Of a DNA stretch of 64,000 bases, positions 1 through 61,044 are shown piece by piece. Source of the stretch: Amoebidium appalachense (Eukaryota; Protista; Ichthyosporea). Under the pieces are notes generated by a model. It saw nothing but the letters and a program-made list of their open reading frames with translations. It did not search any database and was not told where the DNA came from. The DNA is taken from positions 5,162,907 to 5,226,906 of the forward strand of contig CAVNZM010000001.1 in assembly GCA_963693365.1 (NCBI GenBank). The letters run 5' to 3'. Every line of letters starts with the position of its first letter. The stretch's first letter is position 1. The translations under genes and the position numbers were made by a program.

Positions 1-42
1 TGTCTCACTTTATCTCTCTCCATCCCTCTATCTCTCTCCCCA

Positions 43-152
<110 letters not shown>

Positions 153-439
153 CGAGCCCCTCCTTCCCCCCTCCCTCCCCCCTCCTTTCCCTCCCTCCCC
201 ATCCCATCCCTCCCCCCTCCCCCCTATCCCTCTTTGTCTCTCCCTTCTCTCGGTCCAACCCTCCCCCCCCCCCCCCATCTCTCTTTCAGATGCTATAACT
301 GTCGAGTTTTGGGAGAGGGAAAGGGACGCGGAAGGGGATGGAGGGAGGAGGGGCGCGGGGGGAGGGAGGGGGGGGGGGGGGAGGGGGGGCTGTCACCTGT
401 GCACGTACTGTGTGTCTATGTTTTTTTTTTTGTTTTTTT

Positions 440-473
<34 letters not shown>

Positions 474-481
474 TTAAATAC

Positions 482-22515
<22,034 letters not shown>

Positions 22516-22726
22516 ACTGCTTTCTGCTAACAGCTGCGGGCACACTACAGACCCATGTGGAACGGGTTACTACTTAGCACCAGGGTATGAGGTTCTATAC
22601 TAGAGTGTTTTCTAGGTTGTATTTCTTTCCCCAGCTTCTAAGGTGACAACGTTCTCTTTGCAGTGTAAAGCTACTTGCAAAGCTCAGCGAGCTCGTGCAA
22701 CTCGCGAGTTCGGAATCGGAAGGCGG

Positions 22727-22783
22727 TTGAAATTTTGGCGCCAACCGTCATGGCATCCAATCGCATGCGGCTCACTGACGTCA
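22727..22783 (-). promoter_or_regulatory. Putative KNTC1 promoter: E2F-like site, CCAAT box, CRE
   Basis: TTTTGGCGCCAA (22733-22744), CCAAT (22757) and TGACGTCA (22776-22783) lie ~220-270 bp upstream of the ATG in repeat-free, CpG-rich DNA. These are motif matches only. Confidence 0.45.
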
Positions 22784-23089
22784 CGGATCCACTGGCTGAC
22801 TGGCAGTGGGTAGCTGTGAGGCTGCAATGTACAGGCCTAAATTAGCGACGTGTACAGGGACTTCGTGTAGAGACGTCCCTGTGCGGGCACCGTCATTTTG
22901 CAACTTACGGAGAACTGTACACCCCGGGACGCACCCTTATCGAAGACTTCGTTTTTAACACAATGCTCATTCTCTCAGCTCGCGGTCGATCTGGCTATCG
23001 AGCCCTCTCCGCTTATTTCTAACTATCCCTCTCTCGGCTCCACTGCCCCCCCTCCCCCCCCGCCCCCTCCTCGCACACACACACACACA

Positions 23090-23131
<42 letters not shown>

Positions 23132-23686
23132 TTGTGTGTGGGTGGGGGGGGGGGGGGGGGGGGGTAAGTGTGTGTACACACCCCCACACACACAGCCAGC
23201 ATGCCCAACCTGCAGACACACCCACTCTATACCCACAAACCAACCAACCATGTAACGTAGGCTCCTAGACCACTACACCGTAGCCACACTCTATTTCCAA
23301 CACTATATTATGCTAGGTAACAACCCACCACCACCAGTCCCCTCCATCCATCCATATCCCCCGTAGGCCACACCCACACCACACCACACATTCCACCACT
23401 TTAGACGAACCAATGAGAGCCCGGTTTTAAAGTTTATTCGTACGTCTTGAGTGGAGGGGAAGCCTGATGCTACCCACCGGCGTGGCTGGGGTGAATACCC
23501 TGGGCAAATTGTGTGCAAATAGTTAGGATTGTTTAAAGGTGTGTTAGCTTAGCTAATAATACCGTAGCACCCTAGCTAGAGTACTGTCGATGCTGGGTGG
23601 AAGACGGTAGTTCTCCCTGAGGCCCCAAGGGGTCCCTCCGGGAACAAAACGGGATTAAAAAAATAAAAAAAATAAAAAATAAAAAA

Positions 23687-24411
<725 letters not shown>

Positions 24412-25071
24412 GTGCATGACGGGACCCCAGGCAGCACAAGCAAATACAGTACCGTGGCATGCATATCATAGGAGCAGCCTCGCAGGCCCGGGCGTCGCGC
24501 GATGCCTGGCATTGTGCGGGACACAATAAACGATCTAATATTAGAAATTTCATTTTGGCGGGAAAAGCAATCTCATCATTGATTGGACACAATAAAATGT
24601 ATCGTACGTATTCGACATCTCATTGGCTGGCAATTCTATCAGAATTTCATCGATCTGCATACCGCGGGAGATCAGAATCCTAGGCGAGTCACTGAGTCCT
24701 CCTTACGTGCACTCGCTTGCCATCATTTTACACAGCAGCGTTGTGCTCGTGTGCATGTAGCCGTTAGCTTTCGTTAGCGTCTACATACATGTAGATGCAG
24801 CAGGGGCGTGTATACGTAGCATAGCGTGTAGCTGTTAGGGTGCTTTCGGTTTGCTGCACAACACCAACGTGCACGTGCTCAGGTCGTGGCACGGCGGTGG
24901 ACCACATGTACACAACACCCGGTTCAGTCTTCACATTCACAGGAAAACGAGACATTCTGCCGTTGACCTCAAGTAGCACGATCACAAGATTATATTAGTT
25001 AATGGATTACTGCATCCCAGTTTATACAGGTGCCATTTTTCGGTGCCAAACGAACCCTTTGATATACAAAA

Positions 25072-26331
25072 ATGACACCACGGGCACAGACCATACAACC
25101 TGGGGGCAATCTGTACCCCATGCTCTTGTGTCTTAGCTTCTGCCTCCTTCTCTCCATACCCAACGCATGTTTAGGAGCTGCAATTCCACACACACAAGCC
25201 CCAAGAAGTGCAGAGGTTCAGAAAATCACAAATGCTACGTTTACCCCGCTACAGTACCATCCGTTTCCCATTAACCGAGAATCCCCTCTACATGTTGTGC
25301 AGCAACTTGGCGATCCGAAGATTGTCGGTGGGTTGCCCACCTACACTCGCCCATGGATGGTTTCCATTGGTTTTTTTCAACGTCCCGGTGAACAGGACTA
25401 CTTCCACATGTGTGGCGGTTCACTAATCGCACCGAACTGGGTTCTTACCGCAGCACACTGTGCAGATCCAAGCCCAGTTGGGCTGACCGTTTTTGTGGGA
25501 GGAAATGATTTGCGCTTTCCAGCGCAGTTCCAAAAATTCAAGGTTATTAGCTACATAAGGCACGAAGCCTACAATAGTGCAATTTTCACAAACGATATTG
25601 CACTGTTCAAGCTATCGGGTGCATCGACGAAGCCCCCGGTCATATTGAATGGCAACCCGAACTTGGATTCGTATTCTGTTGGGAAGAGAGTTATTGGGGC
25701 CGGTTGGGGTGCCTTGTCGGCAGGATCTGATATTTATTTGGCACCAGTGCGCGCTGTGTCTCTACCCCTGGCCCCATACGACAAATGCTTTGCATTGTGG
25801 AAATCAATGCGACTAACGCAGGCGCAGCTGTGTGCGGGCGGAGAGGCAAACAGAGATACGTGCCAAGGAGATAGCGGGGGACCAATCCAAGTGGGCGATG
25901 CATGGAACACTGCGGTCCAGGTTGGAATAACCAGTTATGGCAATGGGTGCGGCCTGCCCGGGTGGTACGGTGTGTACACACGTGTGTACTCGTACATTGG
26001 TTGGATCCAAAGGAAACTTCCCGGTGTGACGTTAAAGATTTCCAAACCTCCACCACCACGGGCAAAACCAGCCGTCCCAGCAAAACCGGCGGTCCCAGCA
26101 AAACCGGCCGTACCAGCAAAACCGGCCGTACCAGCAAAACCGGCCGTACCAGCAAAACCGGCCGTACCAGCAAAACCGGCCGTGCCTGCAAAACCGGCGG
26201 CAAAACCAGTCAAGGCAGCAGGTGAACACAACCGTTCGCAGAACCAATCAAATAACCCGAAAAAAGTTGCAGCCGATCGGCTAAGGGGACATCATCGTGG
26301 CCACAGAAAAAAGAACAAAACGACCGTTTGA
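25072..26331 (+). CDS. Secreted trypsin-like serine protease (S1A) with Pro/Ala/Lys repeat and basic tail; single exon
   Basis: 419-aa ORF with a hydrophobic signal-like segment MLLCLSFCLLLSIPNACLG (likely start 25120). It has the activation site K|IVGG, CGGSLI, catalytic motifs TAAHC, DIAL and GDSGGP, and the S1 Asp in RDTCQGDSGGP indicating trypsin specificity. Confidence 0.96.
   Translation: MTPRAQTIQPGGNLYPMLLCLSFCLLLSIPNACLGAAIPHTQAPRSAEVQKITNATFTPLQYHPFPINRESPLHVVQQLGDPKIVGGLPTYTRPWMVSIGFFQRPGEQDYFHMCGGSLIAPNWVLTAAHCADPSPVGLTVFVGGNDLRFPAQFQKFKVISYIRHEAYNSAIFTNDIALFKLSGASTKPPVILNGNPNLDSYSVGKRVIGAGWGALSAGSDIYLAPVRAVSLPLAPYDKCFALWKSMRLTQAQLCAGGEANRDTCQGDSGGPIQVGDAWNTAVQVGITSYGNGCGLPGWYGVYTRVYSYIGWIQRKLPGVTLKISKPPPPRAKPAVPAKPAVPAKPAVPAKPAVPAKPAVPAKPAVPAKPAVPAKPAAKPVKAAGEHNRSQNQSNNPKKVAADRLRGHHRGHRKKNKTTV
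26062..26211 (+). repeat. Coding 18-bp tandem repeat, (AKPAVP)7 plus two partial units
   Basis: GCAAAACCRGCSGTNCCW units that vary only at third codon positions. Confidence 0.97.
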
Positions 26332-28157
26332 TTCTTCCTGAGCATATTGCGCACGGCTTTTATAATTTTCTCTCAACGTTTGCATCAGAACAGTGATTCT
26401 TTTTCTTTGGCTTGTCTAGTCTTGATGCTAGCTGGCTGTCTGAGGCAATGTTAAAGCCATACAACTATTACTTGAAAATAGTATAGAGCTTGATACGAAG
26501 TATAGGTTAGTGTACATATCATGCTATTTAACAGATTTGAGCACTCCTTTGCTGTGCTGTATTCTTGTTAATGCGCGGACCATTTGTAGCCACAGGCCTG
26601 TAACTAAGGATGAGTGATGACCCGATTTTCTGTTAGCACCAATAGCTCGTTCGTATTAATATTGCTTCAGCCATTACTAGTAGATGAATCTAATTTGCTT
26701 GCACATCGACACAGTATCATAGTTCTAATCTGATGTCTCTTAGAAGGTTGTATAGCGAAAATGGCTGCTCCGCCTTAACATATATCAGCAGCTATGTAGA
26801 AGAATACCCAGCAAACAACGTGATGTTCACACGCATTCAAATTCTTCATGTATTCATGTCTGATGCACTAAAACCAAACTTTGAATGCCAAGGTATAAGG
26901 TTGAAACAGATGGTGCACTGTTGATGGAAACTCGGTAACTAAACGGTGGCTGCCCTCCTTCCTCCCCCCCCCCCCCCCCTCCTCCTCCCCTTTCCCCCCC
27001 CCCTCCCCCCCCCCCCCCCCCCCCCATCCCCCACCCTCCTCCCTTCCACCCGAGCCTCGGGGCCTAGTCTCTTTCTAGGCTTGCTTTATAAATTTCTAGT
27101 CTGTCTTTCTTTTCTCTCTCTCTCTCTTTTTTTTTTTTTTTTTGGAGGGGGAGGGGGGGGGGAGGGGAGGCACCGGGGTTGTAGCATCTCAGGTGAACGT
27201 CTTGGGACTATGCGGATATAGGAACCCACACACAGGTTCGTGGGTGCGGGTGGGTGGGTGGGTTGGTGGGGACCTGGGCCAGTACAGATTGCACACCCAC
27301 ACAGACAACTGCCACACAGCCAAGTTACTGTAGCACAATACTATTAGCAATGCCCGCCATCCACCCCCCCCCCCCCCCCCTCCCCCCCCCCCCCCCCTCC
27401 AACCCTCACCCCCCATCCCCCATCCCCGGACGCTCCCCTCCGCAGCCTCCCTGGTACTGCCGACATTCGGCACAACTTGCCCTCCCTCCCCCCTCCCCCC
27501 CCCCCCTTCCCCCTTCCCCAACACCAAACATATACGCACACAAACACACGCATACACGTACCATCACCGCCTCTCCACCACCACCACATACGCAAACGCA
27601 CACGCGGGCGCACATATACACACACGGACACAGAGGCACGTACACATACATACCTTCCTCCACTCCCCCCCTCCCCCCCCTCTCCCGCCTCTCCCCCAGT
27701 CTCCTCTCCCCCCCCCCCCCCCCCCACCCTTTCCCGTTCCACCACCACCCCTCTCCCCCGGGTTCCCCTCCTTTTGACCTCCTGACTTACCCCCCACCTG
27801 CCCACTGCCCAGACTTTTAAGATCATTAACCATTGGTCCTCAAAATAAAACACAGGATTCAATGATCTTACAAAAGCGCGTAATCCCCCATGCCTTTAAA
27901 GCCCCCTCTGGTGGCCTCTCCAATTGAAGCCATGTCACATGGCCAGATCACCCAAACCTAGGTGAGGTATCGACAGATTGTACATAAAAGACAAATCAAT
28001 TTTATACCTCGGTTGTATGTGCTCGGCATGGACCGGGTAAGTGGATAGGTGGGTGATGATTTTTTTATATATTTATTTTTTATTTTTTATTTTACTTTTT
28101 TTTTTTTTTAGGGGGGGGGGGGGGGTCTTTTCTTTTTTTTTCTTTTTTTTTTTTTTT

Positions 28158-28199
<42 letters not shown>

Positions 28200-28277
28200 C
28201 CTGCAGCTGCAGTTTCGTGCAAGAAACCCGGTCTAGAGGAAACTTGAAATGTCAAGCTGTAGCCTGTAGCACGTCTC

Positions 28278-28330
<53 letters not shown>

Positions 28331-29029
28331 ACCCACCCACCCACTCGGAGCCCCCGCCCTTCACAACCCGGCCCCCCCCTCCCCCCCCTCCCCCCCCCCC
28401 CCCCCCCCCCCCCCCCCCGCGCCTACGGAGTTCCCGCCCTTCACAAAAATAAGAAAAAAAAGGGGGGGGGGGGGGGGGGGGGAGCATGCCATATGGTAGG
28501 GAAGGGGGGCCAGGGGGGAGGGGGGGGGTGGGGGTGATGGGGGGAGGGGGGGAGTCGAGATGCAGGATTCCTAGATGTTTTGTGGGGATGGAGGGGGGAG
28601 GGTGGGGAGGGGGAGGATGGGGGCAAAGGGGGAGGGTTGGGGGGAGGGGGGAGGGGGGGGGGGGGGGGAGGGGGGGGGGGGGGCAAAAAGAGGAGTTCAT
28701 ATGAATGCAGGGAGACGGGAGATTCTTGGCATGATTTCAAAATTTAGGGTTTGTATGGATGCAAATCTTATAGTGGTGCTGGGATTGTGAAGCATGTGAA
28801 CATGTATATGCTCCCCGGGGAGGGGAGAGGGGGTGAGAGGATAAGGTTGCCAAACCTGAACTGTGAGTCTCGTGTGTTCTCGCCATGTGTGTGTGTGGGG
28901 GGGGGGGGGGGGGGGGGGGGGGTTGACTGTGTGTGTGTGTGTAGGTGTCATACTGTGTGGTGTTGGGGGGGGGAAGGCGGGGGGGAGGGGGGGGGGGGGG
29001 GGGGGGAAGAGGGGGGGGGGGGGGGCCAC

Positions 29030-29104
<75 letters not shown>

Positions 29105-30448
29105 CGCCCATGGAGTAGCGCGAGGGGGGCAGGATTGGTTGACAGAGCACGAAGGACACATTCACGACAGACAACACAAATGGACCAGATGATTTTATTC
29201 CGAGGATGGTGGTCCTCAAACCCATAGGCATGATGTTTCCCCTCTGCCCCCCCTCCCTCCCCGGCCCACAACACCCTCCCAGCACCCATCCCCCCTCCCT
29301 CCCCCTTTCACTTTCCTTCCCCCCCAGGCGTATCTCTCGAAACACCGTGTCACACATTACATGTAACACAAACACACACACATACACACACACACACGCA
29401 ATACAGCGACTATGCAGTTCTTGTCGGCCCCATTACCCTCCTCCCCCCCCCCCCCCTCCCTCCCCCCCTCCCCCCTTCCCCCCCTTCCCCCATTTTTTTA
29501 AAAAAAAAGCTAAAAGCCCCCCAAATCCAAAGCCTTACCCTGGGTCCCCCCCCGAGCTGCTCTTCTCCTGCTCTTAGCTAGATAACTCCTGTCCCCCCCT
29601 CCCCCCCCCCCCTCCCCTCTCCCCCCACCACCACCTCTCTCTTCCCGCCTATTAACTTATGTGCAGAGGGGCAACTGTTGAGGCCGGAGCTCGGACTCCG
29701 ATTCGAGACCTGGAAATAAGGCATAGGTACCCAATAGCGGTGTAGAAGTCTTGCGGTATGACCTATCAGCCATTCTAGTATACGTGCTGAGTGGTACGAC
29801 ATATGGACCTAAGAGGATGGTACAAGTGTCTATTAATGCGGCATAGATATCTAGAAATTATTGCGAATTATTTCAAACTGATGGGCCATGTGCTGAAATG
29901 ATTCGCTACCTGAGCCTGGTAAAAGCACCCGGTGGTGTAGCATGAGTACGTGGTGGTATATACCGGGTATCAGTTTGAGCTATATCCAGGTATCAATCTA
30001 AGGTACAAACACAGTACTGCTAGAATGCATGCTTGCCACATACATTAGCCACCTCGGACTGGTGTAGGGGGTAGGTTCAATGTCATTCTAGCCAAGATGC
30101 AATCTATATCCCAGGCTGGGGCGCCGGGGAAGGAGGGGGGGGGGGGGGGGGGGGGGAGGGGGGGGGGGGGGGGGGGGGGGGGAGGGGGGATACTTTGGAA
30201 ATAGCGTGGCTCCTGGGGAGAACGGCCCTGGTGGGTGGGCGGGTGCTTTTTCTTGAGGGGGAGGGGAGGGGCGGGGGGAAGATGAGGGGTGGGGGGATAG
30301 TACGGTTATGGGGATGATGCCATCTGAGCAGGGCCTCTGTTTTTCACATAGGCATACTTTCCCCTATGATTATTGATACAGTACACTGCAGGCTGCCTCT
30401 CCTCTTCTTTTCCCACTAAGGCCAATCCGTTCCCTGCATGAAGTCAAG

Positions 30449-30481
<33 letters not shown>

Positions 30482-30535
30482 ACCCCACCCACCCGTTCCC
30501 TACCTCCCCCCCGTGCCCCCCCCCCCCCCCCCTCC

Positions 30536-30582
<47 letters not shown>

Positions 30583-30770
30583 AAAAAAAAAAAAAAAAGA
30601 AAAACAGTCACATTGACTACGTGGATCTTTCTCCCCAAGAAAATTTTCGAAGGGCCGAAGGGGCCCCTCCCCCCCCCCACTTCCCCCCTCCCCCTCCTCA
30701 CCCCCCCCCCACACACACACACACACTCCCCCCACCCCACCCACCAACCCATCTTGCGCATGCTCACGGC

Positions 30771-31141
30771 AGCAGAATAAATTTGCTGTAGCAGAATGAC
30801 CCTGCAATTCTAGCCAAACAATCCTGCATTTTTCCGAATGCTCTTTTGCATTTAGCAGAACAAACCTGCGCTTGGTGAATAATACTGCTTTTGCTTAACA
30901 ATTCAGACTGCTTTTGGTGAATAATTCTGCTTTTGGTCTGCTTTTGGCGAATAATTCTGCTTTTGGTGAATAATTCTGCTTTTGCTTAAGGGCAATATTC
31001 TGCTTTTGGTGAATAATCTTGCTTTTGGTGAATAATTCTGCTTTTGATGAACAATCCTGCAATTGCTCGATAATTCTGGTGTTAGCAGAATAATTCCTGC
31101 CTTTGTTGAATAAGTCCTGCTTTCTGCTAGACAATTCTGCT
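30771..31141. repeat. Degenerate 19-bp minisatellite (GAATAATTCTGCTTTTGGT) with inverted copies
   Basis: More than 10 direct units in 30858-31141, plus inverted half-units GCAGAATAA at ~30772 and ~31085. Confidence 0.9.
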
Positions 31142-31466
31142 CGAAGCAAGTTGATTCTGATGCCAGCGCTGCCGGGGCTGGGTTCTTAAGTTTACCGTAT
31201 ATACCAATAGCACATACCATGATAGGTGCTGAGTACCGGAGATCTTTGCTATTCTGCCGGATTGAACCCCCAATTCGAACCCTCCACAGTGATCGTCCTC
31301 ACGTGTGTCTACATAGTTATTGGTGGGAAGGGGAAAGGGAAGGGGGGGAGGGGGGAGGGGGGAGGGGAAGGGGGGGGAGGGGGGAGGAGGGGAAGGGAAA
31401 CAAAATCTGCCAATTGGATGGGGGGTTCGAGAAATCACCCAGGGGAGGCCTGTAAGGGCAGGGCCA

Positions 31467-31514
<48 letters not shown>

Positions 31515-32528
31515 GGGGGGGGGGGGGGGGCTCAAATAACTTGAAGATCTGCTGTGAAATTGAAGGAAAGGTTATGTATTTAAGTGCACACGTATCCTGC
31601 CACACAGTAGCTGGCAGGAAGCCCGGGGGAAGAATGGGCATGGAGGATCGTCCCAAGGCTCATGTGTGTTTGTGTTGTTGCTGTTTGTGTTTGCATGTGC
31701 TATGCCCATGTGTGTGGTGTGTTTTCAACTGTGTGTGTGTGTGTGCGCACATGTTTCAGAAGGGAGCACGGAGGGAAAAATGACCCAAGATATGCAAGTA
31801 TGTGTGCATTTACAACGTTCTCACATACACACCGGTGTGCAAGATTTGTATTCATACACAATTTACTTACGGGAACCGGTCACAGTTTAGGCACCAGGCC
31901 AAATATTCACACATTTGACAACCATTTTCATAATTATGTAGCCAACGGAAAAAGACTAAATGGCAGTGCAATTGAACAGAATCGTGAAATACTTATAGCA
32001 CTACCACGCCAGCCATATCTTAACATGCATGTGTGGGCGGTGAGTTATTTGCTATGGTGGCGCATGTAGTGATTACACGCCTGCTAACTGCTAATTGGAG
32101 TGTAGAAAGGGTGGTGTGCGCATGCTTGTGTGTGAGTGTGCGGATGTGTGCGCACAAACCCGAAGACATCTGTTTGCGATGCCTTAGACAATGATGGGTT
32201 GTGCATGCCATTGCCCTAGTGTTTATGCATTATTTGGTTCTCTGTAATTGGCATAAATAGAACGAAATACTTAGGGCTCACCTCAATCCTCCCAGGCCAT
32301 CACCACACACCACCACACACCAACAAAAAAATACCAAAAAGAATAAAAAGAAGAAAAGAAGAAGAAAAGAGGAAGGACAAAAAAAAAAAAAAAAAAAAAA
32401 AAAAGGGAGGAAAGACAAAGGGAAAACGGAAACCCCATTCTCGAGATTCGAAAAGAACGAAAAGGAGTGTGCACGCAAGAGAGGCACATATGACTTTGCA
32501 AACAACTACCACACCACCTATGTTGTAT

Positions 32529-40675
<8,147 letters not shown>

Positions 40676-41569
40676 GTTTTCAAAGGCGCTCGGCTGACGC
40701 CACCCAGCGACAAATGCCTTGTATCTGTGACTGATCTGACGCAAGAACACAAGTGGCCCAGGGAGGGAAGGAAGGTATCTGTTGCTGCCGGAGCTCTAAG
40801 TTTGTTTGCCGAGACGCTTGCTCAAAAGTACACGTTTACGGTTTGAAACCGTAAATTGGATGTACCCAACGAAGGGTACCGGTATCATGAAACTCAAAGC
40901 AGCATACACTCAGGAAGCTAAAAGGCAAAGCCTGTTCTCCGCGAGGTATACGTCTTGGCTCTGGATCCGGGGAGGTTGTTAGGCAGGCTTTTAAGCGGAC
41001 AACGAGTTTGCAGCTAAACCCCTAGAAACCTAGTATTTCTGCTTCAGTTATTTCTCTTTGCATACGTACATCCCCACATCAGTTCTATGATGCCCTGATA
41101 CGGTTCTATTCTCGAGCTCGCAAGGCGCCTACAGACAGAAACGCCTTCCTGTCGTTTTTTTGGATTATTTTTCAAAGGCCTCTATAGCATTTTTAAATTA
41201 ACCAATCAAATAAAGGTAAATTGCCGCCAAATTTAATTAAAATGGAGTTTTAAAAACACTAGAACTCATCTTGTCAGAGGTGGTGACGACATTACGAGAG
41301 CGCTCGGATCAACAAGCGATTTCGTTGAACCATGCGATTATGGACCAGTGCCGTTCAAAATCGACCCTGGTGGGCCAAGCTATAAATAGATCTTTCTTTG
41401 TGACAACTTCTATTTATAGATGAAGCCCTAAATTTATTCGAATATCCCGACTATCTACTGAGGGAGCCTCGAATGTGCAGTCACATGATATGGATGTGAG
41501 CAATATCTACTCCCCCCCCCCCCTGTCCGAGGCCCAGCTGGCGGGGGGGGGGGGGGGGGGGGAGGGGGG

Positions 41570-41671
41570 CCAACACACCGTGGCACACACACACACACCA
41601 CACGCGCACACACACAGACACACGCACCCGCACAGACACACACACACACACATTTTTTCACATGTTTTTAG

Positions 41672-41710
<39 letters not shown>

Positions 41711-41820
41711 CCCCCGCCCGCCCCCGGTCAAAAACATGTGAAAAATGTGCGTTTGTGTGTGTGTGTGCGTGTATGGACCAGGACCTGGTGTGTGTGTGTG
41801 TGTGTGCCACGGTGTGTTGG
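41570..41820. repeat. Long imperfect inverted repeat around a poly-C spacer
   Basis: CCAACACACCGTGGCACACAC (41570) pairs with GTGTGTGCCACGGTGTGTTGG (ends 41820). Inner arms are CATTTTTTCACATGTTTTT and AAAAACATGTGAAAAATG. Confidence 0.88.
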
Positions 41821-42311
41821 GGGGGGGGGGATTGGTGGTGGTGGTGGTGGTGGTGGTGGGGCCGGGGGGGGGGGGGGGGGGGGGGAGGGGGGCTGGGGGC
41901 GGGGACGGGGGCAGCCTAGCCATGCACTGCCATGCACACGTGCGCGTATATTGTACGGCACAGCCGCGAAGCATATCATGATGGGCCACTGCGCATGCAG
42001 TGACCGCACCCCTTGCCCTTAGCCAGAACCGTGAATCGGATATCCATCTGGCCCTATGAAACGTGCGAGTGTGCACCATCATATCAATGATTCAACCAGA
42101 TCTGCAGCTGGACATCCGCGGCCACCAATAGGCTATCTCGATTGTGCAGTAACTGCTGTGTTGAGATGCGCGAAATATATCCGCACAAAAAAAAAAAGGA
42201 ACGTTTTATAAAAACGAATAACAATAGGTTATTTTTAGAATTTATAAAACAAACGAGAAAGTAGGAATTTATTTAACCCCTGGCACTGCACGAAATACAC
42301 CGCGCGCGCGC

Positions 42312-42342
<31 letters not shown>

Positions 42343-43645
42343 TAAAGGAACAGTATCATAGTATTTGATTTCAAACAAAAAAACCGGGAATATTGTCAAC
42401 ACACACACATGCACACACGTACGTGCACAGTCACGCACATAGTCACACATGTACACACACTATAGTGCACACTCGCCGATACAAACACACACACGCACAC
42501 ACACTCCGGCGCAAGCATCACATACACACGTACACGAGAACTTCATGCCCCCTCAGGCTGGCCAGGCGGCCACGTGCGCACAGCTAGCTTAATAATAGCT
42601 AGTAGCTATAGATAGTAGTGGCTTGTGTACACATGTGTGCTGGTGATCACGGTTCTAATTTACATGCATATGTGTGCAGGCTGTGTATGCGCTAATAAAA
42701 TACAAAATTGGGGTCCCGGAAAATTCACGGGTGAGGGGAAGGGGGAGAGGGGGGGGGGGGGGGGGGGGGGGGGGGAGGGGGGTGCTTGGTATACTTACAC
42801 ACGGCGAACAGTAAGTAATATCCAACTGCATAGAGCAATCGGAATTCTGCATTCACTTGGGTGCATATCATTGACGCGTGTACATTTAGTAAGGTGGCGA
42901 AAAGAATACACTTTGTGCATGTAATTATGAGAACCCCAATATCGCTGTCCAAGGCTTTGTCATCCTGTCATGTAGCATAGCATAACTACAGTAATTGATA
43001 AGTGTACCAATTTCCTATCGGCTTCAGACCAGAACTATAATCATTACGTGGCTTCTTGGTTCGACTACTACCGAGATAAATGGAAATGCCGTGCAATAAT
43101 TTCAGAATTCGAAATAATTTGCTCGGCGTCAGAATGCCCACAAGTGTAAACACAAGCTACACAGCCGTTATGCCCTAACTGGCCCCAACTATTGACTTCT
43201 ATTAGAACGATTATCTTAACAGACACAGCACCGCGCGACAAAAGCAGTAAATTCCCATGAAGCAGATGCAAGGTATACCTCATCCTGCTCCTCCCCCCCC
43301 CCCCCCCCCCCCCCCTCCCCTCCCACCACACACACACCAAAAAAAAAAAAAGACAAAAGAAACACCCCACACCCCGTCCCCACACACTCAGTAAGACATG
43401 CCCTCTCTCTACACCCAACCGACCATGACTCACCTATTACACAACCATTTAGAGCCCGAAACACAAAGAAACCAAACCCACAATACATCCGAATGTACAA
43501 CAAGAAAAAACCTAATAAAATAACAAAAAACTCCAATAGGCGTGAGGATGATGTTACCATGCCACCAATGAGGCACGCAACATACACAAACAAAAAAAAA
43601 AAACCAATTGAAAGAAACAGATCTTCACGAATCACACACCGAGAT

Positions 43646-60751
<17,106 letters not shown>

Positions 60752-61044
60752 CTGCGCAACCGAACCAGCACGAGCTTCCGCGTGCTTTCCATCACACGAG
60801 AAAGCGGGTGACCTTTAGGTTTAGAATTCTCGTTGGAAGAGTGGTAGAAAATTCTTCTCAACCACCTTGTGTCGAAAAGGAGTATGTAGCTTGTGCAGTG
60901 GTGCCAGCTGTAACCAAAACAAAATACACGAAGCTTGAAGAACTATGTGGTAGTTGATTTTTCGCCGTGGTCTATCCCCCTTGCTTTTTGATACAACCGC
61001 CGTGTGTTTGCGTTACTTCCGTGCCCCAAAACGAATATAGGTCA

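Noticed and set aside
29925-29990. tRNA-like A-box GGTGGTGTAGC
   Set aside because: No B-box/T-loop or cloverleaf.
30858-31141. CRISPR-like appearance of the 19-bp array
   Set aside because: Units are contiguous with no unique spacers, there are no cas genes and the context is eukaryotic.
41010-41035. Telomere-like CTAAACCCTAG (and CCCTAACCCTA near 51545)
   Set aside because: Only one or two units, as expected by chance.
42273-42290. piggyBac-like end TTAA-CCCCTGGCACTGC
   Set aside because: No matching opposite TIR found in the window.
41240-43260. Degenerate plus-strand gene between ARMC1 and KMT5
   Set aside because: All frames contain multiple stops and no recognisable family; unsupported without a search.
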